A DNA stretch of 64,000 bases from Planktothrix sp. GU0601_MAG3 (GCA_035193785.1 CP136572.1:3700578-3764577); one strand, 5' to 3'; shown: positions 13,730-24,685, counted from the stretch's first letter. Made by a program: numbers and translations. Notes: generated by a model not told the origin, from the sequence alone.

Positions 13730-14584
13730 TTTTGGTTGGCTTCACCATCATACACCATAAACTTTCTTTTTAGCAAGTCCTGATAATTCGGACTACTTGA
13801 CCAGCGATCAATTTCCCTCGCCCGGAGCACTGGCAGGGGGTGGCTTAATTGGGCTGTTTGGGCTTGTTTAAGCAGTTCTCCCAGTTCCGTACTACTAATT
13901 TGATCATAGGTTCTAGCTTGGGCGACAAAGGCATCTAGGTTGAGTTGGGGGGCTAAACTGGGAGAGCCTCCCGACAGTTTCATTAATACGGACATCACAA
14001 TTCGGGGATCTTGGGTGGCCAGCAATGCCGCCCGATCACAAGTAAATTCGGCACAACGTACCCATTCCATTAGCTGGGTCTGTAAACCTTGGGTCAACAT
14101 TGTTCCCCAGGGAGATAATTGATTAGCGGCTAAGATCACTAAATTCACCATGGTTAAATAAACCCCATGTTCGCACTTTAAATGTCCCAACTCATGGGCC
14201 ATCACCGCTTGAATTTCTTCTGGGGTTAATAATTCAATCAGCGAGGTATGAATCACAATAAAGGGCTGTTTTCCCCGCATGGCAAAGGTATAGGCATTGG
14301 GAACAGGATTTTGGCGAATATACAGTTGAGGGGGTTTCCAAATCCAATATTTTGCAAGCCTCTAATAATAATTGATGCAAATGAGGCAACTGTTGATCAC
14401 TGACCAAAATACTAGAAGCAATATTTTCTAAATAGAAAAACTGTTCTCCCACACCTCCTAACAATTGCCTAACTAACAAATCTAAACCCGGAAATTGTTT
14501 TAAGGTATTCGTGGCTTGTAAATCCAAAGGATGGCGAAAATGATCAGCCCGCAGCCCAATTAAAGGAATGGTTGAAAATGTCAT
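13708..14584 (-). CDS. M48 family Zn metallopeptidase (frameshift at 14334)
   Basis: AHELGH zinc motif, EFTCDR, SHP; two ORFs join by removing one base at GTTTC 14334. Confidence 0.9.
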
Positions 14585-14595
14585 AGGATTTTAAA

Positions 14596-14656
14596 TGGGT
14601 AATGGGTAATGGGTAATGGGTAATGGGTAATGGGTAATGGGTAATGGGTAATGGGT
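14596..14656. repeat. Heptamer tandem repeat (GGGTAAT)n
   Basis: About 8-9 consecutive GGGTAAT units. Confidence 0.95.
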
Positions 14657-14853
14657 ACTAAAAATTATGAAGGTAAAAACATGATAACACTATATTTTAT
14701 AAAAAATGGCATTAAAGCCACGCAGTTATGGTAACAAAAAAGATAATAGGAACCAGAGAAACCCCAGGCAAGAATAATCAAACTACCCTGGGACTATAAT
14801 TAAGCTGCGCCCGGTGCTACCCGGGTCGGGGGGGAAGTTAAATTATGGGTTTT

Positions 14854-15261
14854 TCAAGGATTAACTAATAATACATAAAACCGCTTATCTTTCTTTAACC
14901 AATAGGCGATCGCTTCGGAAAAAATATCGTTTAATATTCGCCAATCATTCGGATGATCCTGGGAAAAATTTTGCCATTGATCATAAACAAGCAAATAAGA
15001 TGAAGATTCACACCAACTGAGATCGGTAATACAATCTTGCCAAGCATCCCAATTATAGCCAAAATATTCCGGTAAATTGACTACGGTGCTGGCTGTTTTC
15101 AGAAAATCAGCTTTATTGTTAATTGAAGTTCCGTTAAAATAAAATAAATGACAGTCATATTCTTGACACAGTTGAGATAAGTCCTCGGGCGAAATATCCA
15201 AGGGAAACTGATAAATATTGGGCTGACTTTTACCCTGGATCAGATCTAATATTTGATTCAT
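14854..15261 (-). CDS. Barstar-family ribonuclease inhibitor
   Basis: LPEYFGYNWDAWQDCITDL barstar signature; overlaps the upstream RNase gene by 4 nt. Confidence 0.9.
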   Translation of the reverse strand: MNQILDLIQGKSQPNIYQFPLDISPEDLSQLCQEYDCHLFYFNGTSINNKADFLKTASTVVNLPEYFGYNWDAWQDCITDLSWCESSSYLLVYDQWQNFSQDHPNDWRILNDIFSEAIAYWLKKDKRFYVLLVNP

Positions 15262-15662
15262 TGTCTTAAAACCCTAAAAAAACTTTGATAATGGTCGCTA
15301 GTGTAATAAATTTCCCCCTGACTCCCGACGACAAAGCGCCGGGCTCCCCGATGTTTTATCCCGGGAGTGGGTATGGTATATTCTCGATAATAGCCATTGG
15401 ATTGATTGGGTAATAATCTTTCCCGATTAAAGAAAGTTGATCCATCTTTTTCCGGGTAGGGAAAAGGCCCGCCCTGATCAATTAATTTTAAAGTATTTCG
15501 GGCTTCCGGTGGCAGTTGACTCAAATTAACCGTCGAAACTTGAGCAACGATCATTGTTTCCGTTGCGGAAACCGGAGAAAAGTGAAAATTATAGGTAATC
15601 GTAACGGTAAAACCGACTAAACAAGTCAGGAAAAAGATCAATCCTTTTCTCAAAAAAGACAT
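15258..15662 (-). CDS. Secreted guanyl-specific ribonuclease (barnase/N1/Sa family)
   Basis: N-terminal signal-like segment; FFNRERLLP, YREYT, RGARR, YYTSDHYQSF. Confidence 0.9.
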   Translation of the reverse strand: MSFLRKGLIFFLTCLVGFTVTITYNFHFSPVSATETMIVAQVSTVNLSQLPPEARNTLKLIDQGGPFPYPEKDGSTFFNRERLLPNQSNGYYREYTIPTPGIKHRGARRFVVGSQGEIYYTSDHYQSFFRVLRQ

Positions 15663-15766
15663 AATTTTTGACTCAATACGTCCTGAATATTGTTAATATA
15701 ATATCATAATTTTCGCGATTTATAGAATTGATTTTAGCTAGTCTCCCTCATCCAATCACCCTCAAT

Positions 15767-16780
15767 ATGTTAAAAAAATCTTTAACTTGGCGATTGATGC
15801 TATTGATAGGCTTTTGGAGTTTTCAGGCTTGTCAGTTTGGGGGTAAACCACCTAAACCTGATCCGGTCTTTAATTTGACCTCCAGTGCCAATATAAATTA
15901 TCAACCCCTGAAACAGTTGTTAACTGAAAATCACTGGAAAGAAGCGGATCAAGAAACCTTTCAGATTTTACTTAAATTGAGTAACCGACAAGCAGAAGGT
16001 TGGTTAGGAAAAAAGGATGTGGAGGGTTTAGCCTGTGAGGATTTACAAACAATTAATCGCTTGTGGAATTACTATAGTGACGGTCGTTTTGGATTTAGCC
16101 AACAGGAAAAAATTTGGACATCTATCGGGGGGATAATCGGTGAGTATAACCCCGAGATAGCTGGGAAATTTGGCGATCGCGTCGGTTGGCGCACAGGCGG
16201 CCAGTGGCTAAAATACGAACAACTGAATTTTTCCCCCCGCGCCCCCCAAGGACATTTACCCGCCACTACCGGAAATGGAGTGAGTGGGGGGGTGTGGAAT
16301 GGGGTAGCCTCCATCACCCATCGGGTTAAATATTGTGGGGTAATTGATGCGTTAGCGACGGGTGAATGGATTAAAGCGGACAGGAAAACCCTGGAACTTT
16401 TTGAAGTCTATCGAATTCCGATGGAAAATAGCCCTCATGTTCCGGCCCCGTTGGTCATTTCTGAGATTCCCTGTTCAGAACTCCAGGGGGTTGATCGGCT
16501 TTGGGTAAAATACTCCGGTGGGCGGTTTGGTTTGAGTGTTCAGGGCAAGATTCTCAAAGCCACGGGCAATTCTTCGGAGAAACTCGAAGACCGTTACAAA
16601 ACCTTTGAACGGGCTGTGGGCTGGCCCCTTGATCATCGGGATATGATCTATGAAACAGGCGATCCTAAAACAATGACCTTGGGACATTTTCCCTATCGTT
16701 TAGGTCATAGTTATGAGACCTTCGGTTCTGGTTTTAACCGGACTTGGCGATTATCTATTAACCCTGACTGTGGGTTTTAG
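15767..16780 (+). CDS. Putative lipoprotein with two GUN4-like domains
   Basis: WKEADQET...INRLWNYYSDGRFGFSQQ and a second WIKADRKT...VDRLWVKYSGGRFGLSVQ; N-terminal K-rich/hydrophobic segment ending FQAC. Confidence 0.75.
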   Translation: MLKKSLTWRLMLLIGFWSFQACQFGGKPPKPDPVFNLTSSANINYQPLKQLLTENHWKEADQETFQILLKLSNRQAEGWLGKKDVEGLACEDLQTINRLWNYYSDGRFGFSQQEKIWTSIGGIIGEYNPEIAGKFGDRVGWRTGGQWLKYEQLNFSPRAPQGHLPATTGNGVSGGVWNGVASITHRVKYCGVIDALATGEWIKADRKTLELFEVYRIPMENSPHVPAPLVISEIPCSELQGVDRLWVKYSGGRFGLSVQGKILKATGNSSEKLEDRYKTFERAVGWPLDHRDMIYETGDPKTMTLGHFPYRLGHSYETFGSGFNRTWRLSINPDCGF

Positions 16781-16975
16781 ATTTAACGGGACTGCTTTTG
16801 TCAGTTATGTCTAAACAGTACGCAGTAGAAATCAATTAAAAATCCAGTAGTGTTATTCCTAAAAATTGTCCGGTGGCAACAAGGAAGACAAAATTAATAA
16901 AATCCCTAAATATTTGCTACAGATGATTAATCACTATCTGGTGGCTATTCGTAATTCGTAATTTGTAATTACCTG

Positions 16976-18584
16976 CTAACGTCTTTTCCACCACACAAAC
17001 ACCGCCATCCCAAACCCGAATATCGGTAAAACCAATAACGCCAACCAACTCAAAGTTTGTCCTAAAGTTGGGGTCATGGCAATTCGGCGACTGGTGGCTA
17101 ATTTCGGACGAATAGATAAAGTCCCTTGGTCAGACTGACTCAACCAACTGACGGAATTAAGAAATACATCGGCATTCAGTTGCTGGCTAAACCAGCCATT
17201 GGTGGCAAATTGGGAATTTCCGAACACCACTAACCGGGCTTCGGGTTTCTCTGGAGAGGGTGGGGAGGACGGTTTAGTTGGCGACTTTTCCGCCTGTTTC
17301 TGGGGGCGACTCAAGGCAACTCCCAGGGATAGGGGGCCTGGTCGGTCTACTTGCGGGTTAAGCTTGAGTTCAGGACTTTTGAGATCACTTTCCGCCCAGG
17401 TTTGATCATTTGTCCAAACTAACGGACTCTCGGTAATCCCATCAATGGTGCGGGTTTCCACTGGACTAGCGTAGGGATAAATCGAAATGCCATTACCAAA
17501 ATCCTGGGTAATCGGATGTTCACCATATTCCCGCACAATCGGCACTGTCGGCCCCAAACCAACTAAACGGCCACCCCCCGACCCATCAATAGCTAGGCGA
17601 GGATCAACTTTAACCCCCCATTTTTCTAGGAGTTTATCTAAACCATGATTCGTTTGCGGGTCTAATAATAATAAAACATTACCACCTTGATCTAAATAGG
17701 TTTCTAGGGCTTTAACTTCTCCTTCAAATAATTTCCGTTGGGGACTGGCAAGAATAATCACATCCGCATCCGCAGGAACAGCAGTTTGTTCGGCTAAATT
17801 TAGCGGTTCGGCGATAAAATTCTTTTCGGTTAAACTTTTGATTGCCTCCGATAATCCTCCCTGTCCCTCGGTTAAGGGTCGTTCTCCATGACCTTGAATA
17901 AAGTAAAGTTTGGGAGTCCGGTTACTGAATAATTGTTCAATATTATTGGTGAGTTTTAATTCGGTTAAGGGTTCTAAGGCTTCCTTTCTTAGCCGTTGTC
18001 GTTTTTCTCCTGACTGTAAATAAATTTCTCCAAACTCTTTCACCCCAAATTGTTGCGCCAGTCCGGGTTGAGCTTGGGGGTCGATAAATTCATACTGAAA
18101 ATTTTTACCGCCAAGGCGTTGATAGTTGGTTAATAATTCTTGAGTTTGGGGATTTTTTCCTCGGTCAAAAATCCAAACTTTTACAGGTTTTTCAAAGGTT
18201 TTAACCAGGTTTTGGGTTTGGGGAGACAGGGTAAATTGTTGATTTTCGGTTAAATCAATGCGGAAGTTATTTCTAATAGCGACAAAATTAATTAATCCTA
18301 AAATTAGGAATACAGAAACCGTCGAGGCTAAAGCGTTAGTTTCCGGCTTGGGTAGATCGGCGACTCCAGTATGGCGTTTCAGACTTACCTTGGGGTTTAA
18401 AATAGGCTTGGAATAAAAACCATAATCCTAAAATCACAAATCCGGTAATGATTAAGATTAAAGGAATGGGTTCCCAACTGCCAATCACGACCCCCGCAGA
18501 TAACCCCATGACCACGAAACTAGGGCCAAGCCAGAATAGAAATTGTATGAATTGACGATTGAGTTTAAATTGGGTTTTGATCAT
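16976..18584 (-). CDS. GldG-family ABC transporter auxiliary subunit (frameshift at 18339)
   Basis: IDLTENQQFTLS in the recovered frame, YFIQGHGE, RLVVFGNSQF, C-terminal TM plus WWKRR. Confidence 0.85.
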
Positions 18585-18588
18585 ATTA

Positions 18589-19389
18589 TTAAGAACGTTG
18601 GAAACGTAAAGCATCAATGGACTGCGCTGTTAGAAATATCCCTAAAATAATATAACTAGCTAACAGGACTATACTACTACTATCCACAATTCCTCGCACA
18701 AAATTAGTGTAACTAGAAATTAGAGATAATTGTTTTAACCCTTCTCCTAACACTCCTCCTAGACTTCCACCAATTAAGTCAATTACCCAGAGAAATAAAA
18801 CCAGCGCAAAGGTAAATACCGCCGCCAAAATCGTACTATTGGTCAGAGAAGAAATAAACATTCCCAGGGATAAAATTCCCGCCGCCAATAAAATTAACCC
18901 CAAATGAGCCAATAAAAATAACCCCGGAGAAACCGGAGGTTTAGAAGCACTAAAGGCTAATACTTGTAATCCCATCAACGGTAAAATCATTGTGACATAA
19001 AACGTTAGTACCCCTAACAATTTTCCCGTGGCTACCACCCAATTTGTTATGGGAGAAGTGGCTAATAGTTCCAAAGTTCCTAGTTTTCGTTCTTCTGCAT
19101 ATAAACCCATGGACAACATCGGTAACACAAATAACGATAAGGTACCAATCAAACGTAAATAGACTTGTAAAAATTCAGATGGTAAATCAATGGGGGGTTC
19201 AGTTATTCCCATCTGATCTCGGTAGGCAACCTGTTGAATTAACCCTTCTGGCCCTAATAAAATGGCAATAAAAAAGTATCCGGTAATCAGCCAAAAAACT
19301 CCAGCAATGGAGTATGCTAGGGGAGAGGCAAAATACCCCTGTAATTCCTTACGATAAATTGCCAGAATATTGTTCAAAATTATTAGCAT
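18589..19389 (-). CDS. ABC-2 type permease (GldF-like)
   Basis: KELQGYFASPLAY, EERKLGTLELLATSP, six TM-like segments. Confidence 0.88.
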   Translation of the reverse strand: MLIILNNILAIYRKELQGYFASPLAYSIAGVFWLITGYFFIAILLGPEGLIQQVAYRDQMGITEPPIDLPSEFLQVYLRLIGTLSLFVLPMLSMGLYAEERKLGTLELLATSPITNWVVATGKLLGVLTFYVTMILPLMGLQVLAFSASKPPVSPGLFLLAHLGLILLAAGILSLGMFISSLTNSTILAAVFTFALVLFLWVIDLIGGSLGGVLGEGLKQLSLISSYTNFVRGIVDSSSIVLLASYIILGIFLTAQSIDALRFQRS

Positions 19390-19391
19390 AA

Positions 19392-20496
19392 TTATTCCTC
19401 CTCCCGATCTAATGTTAAATTTTCCGGTTGAGAATCAGGATCTTCTATATTTTTAGATTCCTGACTCCCCAATTCTGAACTAATATTTTCCTCTGTTTCT
19501 ATATCCTCCCCGGTTTGGGAATCTGTTGTTGTGACCACCTGTGTTTTTTCAGGCTGAGTTTGGGTCGTCAACTCTAAAAATACATCTTCCAAACTCGCAC
19601 GAGTCCGCCGCAGTTCATAGACTTTCAAATCCGCCGCCAGTAACATCGCTAAAATTTCCGATGCCGGTTCTTGATCTAGTTCACAACCCAACCGCCATAT
19701 CCCTCGGTTTAAATCCCCTAAATTACCAACTTTTTCAATAACTTTTACCCCCGATATCTGTTGTAACCCGACCAAGGTTTCCGCCTCTATTTCTCCATCG
19801 AGTTCTACTTCATATCCCGAACCGCCCGTCAACTGTTCCATCAGGGTTTCCGGTGTCCCCGTTGCCACAATTTCACCCCGGTTAATAATCGCCACTTGGC
19901 TACAGGTCATACTCACTTCAGGTAGGATATGGGTTGATAAAATAATCGTATGACTCCCGGCTAAACTCTTAATTAAATTTCGCACTTCAATAATTTGTCG
20001 CGGGTCTAACCCGACCGTGGGTTCATCTAATACAATTACAGGCGGATCATGAACAATAGCTTGCGCAATTCCGACCCGTTGACGGTAGCCTTTCGATAAT
20101 TTTCTAATCAGGGATTTTCGCTTTTCCAATAATCCGCATTTTCTCATCGCCGTTTCTACATTGGTTTTGCGATCGCCCGCGACTACTTGTTTAATCTGTG
20201 CGACAAAATACAAATATCCTTCCACGGTCATATCGGGATATAACGGCGGATTTTCCGGTAAATAACCAATCCGTTGTCGCACATCCATGGATTTTTCATG
20301 CACATCAAACCCAGCAATTCTTGCCGTTCCACTTGTTGCCGGAAGATAGGCAGATAAAATCCGCAGGGTGGTGGTTTTTCCCGCCCCATTCGGCCCTAAA
20401 AATCCCAATATCGCCCCAGGTTTCCACCGCAAAGGAAACATCCCGCAGCGCCACAGTAGAACCGTAGGTTTTACACAACTTTTCAACTTCAATCAT
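19392..20496 (-). CDS. ABC transporter ATP-binding protein (GldA-like; frameshift at 20420)
   Basis: GPNGAGKTT, LSKGYRQR, LDEPTVGLD. Confidence 0.92.
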
Positions 20497-20650
20497 CCTG
20501 ACCGCTTGAGCAACGTCTCTTACTTTAGCTTGAAACGGACATTCTTAAAAGCCAAAATCTGATTTTTAAGAAAACTTACAATAACCGTATTCAAAGCCCA
20601 CGTCTTTCAAGCGTGGGATGTAGAATACCCGCCTTTAGCCGGAGTGAAGG

Positions 20651-20786
20651 TTAATGAGAGTTTTGGTTAGCAATATATTTCTTGATAGTTTCACTAGAAA
20701 CAGAGCCAGCCGTCCCACAATAATAGCTCCGACTCCACAAAGAAGGCAGTTTAAGTAAATGGGGAAATTCTTTTCTCAATGTTAAC
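20651..20786 (-). pseudogene. tnpA: C-terminal remnant of Y1 transposase TnpA
   Basis: LRKEFPHL..LPSLWSRSYYCGTAGSVSSETIKKYIANQ is the typical TnpA C-terminus; the N-terminal HUH region is missing. Confidence 0.88.
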
Positions 20787-23700
20787 ATGACAGAAATAAC
20801 TCGGACGATTAAATTGAAATTCGTGAATCTCAACCGTTGTAAAGCTCAGATGTTTGAGCAAATGACGGAAGAAAACACACGGATTGCCAATAACCTGTTG
20901 TCATTGCCGATTAAAGAACGGCGTAAAATGACGACAGCTAAAATTATGTCCGAGTTAAAATCTGCCCTTGTTAACCAAGTAATCCGACATACCACATCCC
21001 CCACGGGTCGTAAAACTAAACAATACAAAGTTCTTCCTGTAGAAGTTAATAACCAAAACTGGAAGTTAACTCAAAAAGGAAATACTTATTCAATTAGTTT
21101 CCCGACTCTAAAAGGTGAAAAAAGAATCCCCGTTGAAGTTATATCCGCCCACTGGAAATTCATTTTAGATGGATTACTAGAGGGAACAATTCAAGGGGGA
21201 TCTTTTAAGTTAATTAAACATAGAAATAAGTGGTATGTCTATCTGTCAATCACTGAGGATGTTCCAGAGGTTAAGACAGAGAAAACATTAGGGTGTGACC
21301 GAGGGCAGAATAATTTAGCGGTAGTTGCACCTAAGCAGGGTTTTGGTAAGTTCTTTAATGGTCAAAGCGTTAAGCATCGGAGACGTTATTTTCAAAAACG
21401 AAGAAAACAACTTCAAGAAGCTAAAAAGTTTCGAGCTTTAAAGAAATGGGACAAAAAAGAACGACGATGGATGGATGCAATTAACCATACTGTCAGTCGT
21501 CGAATTGTTCGTTTTGCCGAATACCACAACGCTGATGTTGTGATTGAGGATTTGGAAGGTTGTCGTAAAACTATGAAACAGAGCAAGAAATCTCGTTCTG
21601 ATTCTGGTCAATCTCGGCATAATTGGTCTTATTATTCTTTGGAACAAAAACTTAATTATAAGTTAGCTCTTAAAGGATTGAAGTTAATTAAAAGACCTGC
21701 GCCATATACTTCTAAGTCTTGCTCAACTTGTGGTGTTATTGGCAAAAGAAATCGACATGATTTTAATTGCTCTTATGGTCACTACCATAATTCCGATCTT
21801 AATGCGGCACGAAACCTATCTCAATGGGACGGTTTCTTTTGTCAGTTAGACCTACAGAGAGATGCTTCTGTAATGGATTCATCCGGTTTGACTGATGGGG
21901 TGCTTGGCACACCCCTGAACTCGGTGAATACAGTCAAACAAGAGTATGTTCAACTGTCTCTGGTGCGATTCGTTTAACCTAAAATAAGCTGAAAGGCTTA
22001 TGGGACGGTTAACCCAGTTGTTGAAACTGGTGATAACTGATTACATTTGTGGGTGAGTCGTTGTACGACAAGTCCTACCCCCCAAGTGCTGAGGTGAAAG
22101 CATAACCCCTAGTTTGATTGGATAGCAACCAACAGGCTAAAGCGGGGTTAAAAGGTAGAACTACTGGTAGCCAAATCTGGTAACTATCGAGCAAGAAGTC
22201 CATGCGTAGCGTAAGCAAAGATGTGTCTGAACCATCGTAAGTTGAAATGGTGTAATGGCTAAGTCAACAATGACTAACACCAAGCCAAAAGGCAAGGATA
22301 GGGCATAGGCGTTTTAGAGAACGACTTATAAGCACCGCCCAATAAACCCGATGGAAAGCATCACGCTAAAGACTTCAAACAAATGTGTAATTGGAACGAA
22401 GTAATCCCTATATATCTCTGGAAAAGGTCGAAAATCCAGTAAGTAGCTAACGAATGATATATGGGGATGGGATGGTGTCAAAAGCGAATGCCCTTGGTAA
22501 TGCAAGGGATATGCTAACAGACGCTCGGTAATTCCAAAGAAATAGAACAAGTAGCAATGAATAAATCTAAAACGCAGAACAATCTGACGGTGGAATGGAA
22601 AGACCTTAACTGGCGCAAGCTAGAAAAGGTAACTTTTAAGTTGCAAAAGCGAATATTTCAAGCGAGTACACGAGGCGATGTTAAAGCAGTTCGCAAACTT
22701 CAGAAGACCCTGATTAATTCCTGGTCAGCTAAATGTATCGCTGTTCGTCGGGTAACACAAGATAACCAAGGTAAAAATACGGCAGGTGTAGACGGAGTTA
22801 AATCTCTGACTCCAAAGCAACGTATGAACCTTGTAGGACGACTAAAGTTAACCAATAAAGCCAAACCAACTCGTAGAGTTGAAATACCTAAACCTGGTAC
22901 AACTGAAACCCGTCCATTAGGAATACCCACAATAAACGACCGCGCACTACAAGCATTAGTAAAATTAGCGTTAGAACCAGAATGGGAGGCTAAATTCGAG
23001 CCAAACAGTTATGGTTTTAGACCAGGACGCTCATGTCACGATGCAATCGAAGCAATATTTAACAGTATTAGATACAAATCCAAATATGTACTTGATGCTG
23101 ATATCTCAAAATGCTTCGACCGCATAAACCATAAAGCGTTAATCTCCAAAATACACACATACCCCACATTAAGCCGTCAAATTAAAATATGGCTCAAAGC
23201 AGGGTACTGTGTCGGAAAAGAACTTTTTCCTACTAATGATGGTACACCACAAGGCGGGGTGATTTCACCCCTACTTGCGAATATAGCCTTACATGGTATA
23301 GAAAATAGAGTCAAGCAATATGCAGAAACTCTTAAAGGGCAAAAACGGGTTAATTGTGAATCCCTTAGTCTAATCCGATACGCTGATGATTTTGTGATAA
23401 TCCATAAGGATTTAAACGTAGTCAAAAAGTGTCAAGAGATAATTGCAGATTGGTTAAACGACATGGGACTAGAATTGAAATCAAGTAAAACAAAATTAAC
23501 CCACACCCTCAATGAAATTGATGGAAATATCGGGTTTGAGTTTTTAGGGTTCCATATCCAACAACACAAAGTAGGGAACTACCGATGTGCCAACAACACG
23601 AATGGAACACCGCTAGGTTTTAGTACATTAATCACACCCTCAAAAGCCAAAATCAAAACCCACCTTGTCAAAATAGCTGAAGTAATAGATGCCCATAAGA

Positions 23701-24440
23701 CCGCCCCACAAGCTGCTTTAATTAGTAAGCTGAATCCAATTATAAGAGGCTGGTCAAACTATTACTCAACAGTTGTTAGTAAAGAAACCTTTAACAAGGT
23801 TGACCATCTAACTTACGACAAGTTAAGAGCTTGGGCAAAAACGAGGGGAAAAGGGAACATCAATAAAGATAAATACTGGAGAACAGTAGGCGACAGAAAT
23901 TGGTGTTTCAGTACAGAAGACGGAACGGAATTACTCACCCATAGCAGTATGCCAATCGTAAAGCATACAAAGGTTAAAAGTGAAGTTAGTCCGTTTGATG
24001 GTAACTGGATTTATTGGAGTAAGCGTAGAGGCGAATATCCAGAAACTCCTAAAAGAGTGGCAACACTTATCAAGAAACAGAAGGGTATTTGTCCTCACTG
24101 TGGTCTGTATTTTACAAGTACAGACAAGGTAGAAGTTGACCATATAACACCAACAACATTAGGTGGAAAAGACACCTATAAAAACTGGCAACTCCTACAC
24201 AAGCATTGTCACGACACAAAAACGGCTAATGATGGTTCTTTAATTAAAAGTAAGCAATTACCAATAGTTGAGAATTATGAAAACAACCCGTTTTGAATCG
24301 TATCCATAACAAGGATGGAATTATCAAGGAGCCGTGTGATGCGAAAGTATCACGCACGGTTCTGAAGGAGAGGTTAGGGGGGTAACTCCCTAATCGACTC
24401 TAACTTTGACTGGGCTAGATACGAGAATCCCACCCCTTAG
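20787..24440 (+). CDS. tnpB: TnpB RNA-guided endonuclease; exon 1 20787-21962, exon 2 24405-24440 (403 aa spliced)
   Basis: RuvC-I LGCDRG, RuvC-II VVIEDL, Zn finger CSTC...CSYGH, RuvC-III NSDLNAARN; splicing gives ...YVQLSL|FDWARYENPTP*. Confidence 0.92.
21963..24404 (+). mobile_element. Group II intron (IIB-like, probably CL class)
   Basis: 5' GTGCG at 21963; domain V GAGCCGTGTGATGCGAAAGTATCACGCACGGTTC (24329-24362); domain VI hairpin with bulged A, ending ...CTCTAAC at 24404; removal restores the tnpB frame. Confidence 0.95.
22557..24296 (+). CDS. Group II intron-encoded reverse transcriptase/maturase with HNH endonuclease
   Basis: NTAGVDG, RPLGIPT..DR, SYGFRPGRS, GTPQGGVISPLLANI, RYADD, X-domain LNPIIRGWSNYY, CPHC...EVDHI...LLHKHCH. 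Confidence 0.97.
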   Translation: MNKSKTQNNLTVEWKDLNWRKLEKVTFKLQKRIFQASTRGDVKAVRKLQKTLINSWSAKCIAVRRVTQDNQGKNTAGVDGVKSLTPKQRMNLVGRLKLTNKAKPTRRVEIPKPGTTETRPLGIPTINDRALQALVKLALEPEWEAKFEPNSYGFRPGRSCHDAIEAIFNSIRYKSKYVLDADISKCFDRINHKALISKIHTYPTLSRQIKIWLKAGYCVGKELFPTNDGTPQGGVISPLLANIALHGIENRVKQYAETLKGQKRVNCESLSLIRYADDFVIIHKDLNVVKKCQEIIADWLNDMGLELKSSKTKLTHTLNEIDGNIGFEFLGFHIQQHKVGNYRCANNTNGTPLGFSTLITPSKAKIKTHLVKIAEVIDAHKTAPQAALISKLNPIIRGWSNYYSTVVSKETFNKVDHLTYDKLRAWAKTRGKGNINKDKYWRTVGDRNWCFSTEDGTELLTHSSMPIVKHTKVKSEVSPFDGNWIYWSKRRGEYPETPKRVATLIKKQKGICPHCGLYFTSTDKVEVDHITPTTLGGKDTYKNWQLLHKHCHDTKTANDGSLIKSKQLPIVENYENNPF

Positions 24441-24617
24441 CGTAGCGTAGGGGTGGGAGTGTCAAATCTGTTTTCCACCTTAACTTTCTATTATTTTTAA
24501 TCCTATTATCCCCCGTTATCCAACGGAAAATGAATAAGTAAAAATAATTGATATAGACAGAGTATTTTAAAATTTAAAACATTCAGAATTGTAAACAACT
24601 GTAAACCGCCAAATTAT

Positions 24618-24685
24618 TGAGAATAATTCTCATATTTTTGACGAAAAATCAAGGGGTTGACAGGATGAGGTGGATGATGTAGAAT
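24618..24685 (+). promoter_or_regulatory. Fur-box-like palindrome and sigma70-type promoter
   Basis: TGAGAAT-A-ATTCTCA (24618-24632); TTGACA (24657), 17 nt spacer, TAGAAT (24680-24685). Confidence 0.5.

Larger units (their letters stand above)
20580..24465 (+). mobile_element. IS200/IS605-family element (truncated tnpA, tnpB), interrupted by a group II intron
   Basis: Left end TTAC|13 nt-AAAG-hairpin CCCACG..CGTGGG (20576-20617); right end GAAT-hairpin CCCACCCCT..AGGGGTGGG-AGTG-TCAA (24425-24465), the same layout as IS608 ends. Confidence 0.9.

Noticed and set aside
20787..21977. TnpB as a Cas12f/CRISPR effector, or the 396-aa ORF as the complete protein
   Set aside because: No CRISPR array or cas genes, IS ends and a tnpA remnant are present, and the last four residues (VRFV) are intron-derived
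22557..24296. RT as a retron, DGR or defence RT
   Set aside because: The X domain, HNH, GTGCG start and domains V/VI identify a group II intron protein
20580..24465. IStron
   Set aside because: No group I core is recognisable at the left end; the intron is group II and internal to tnpB
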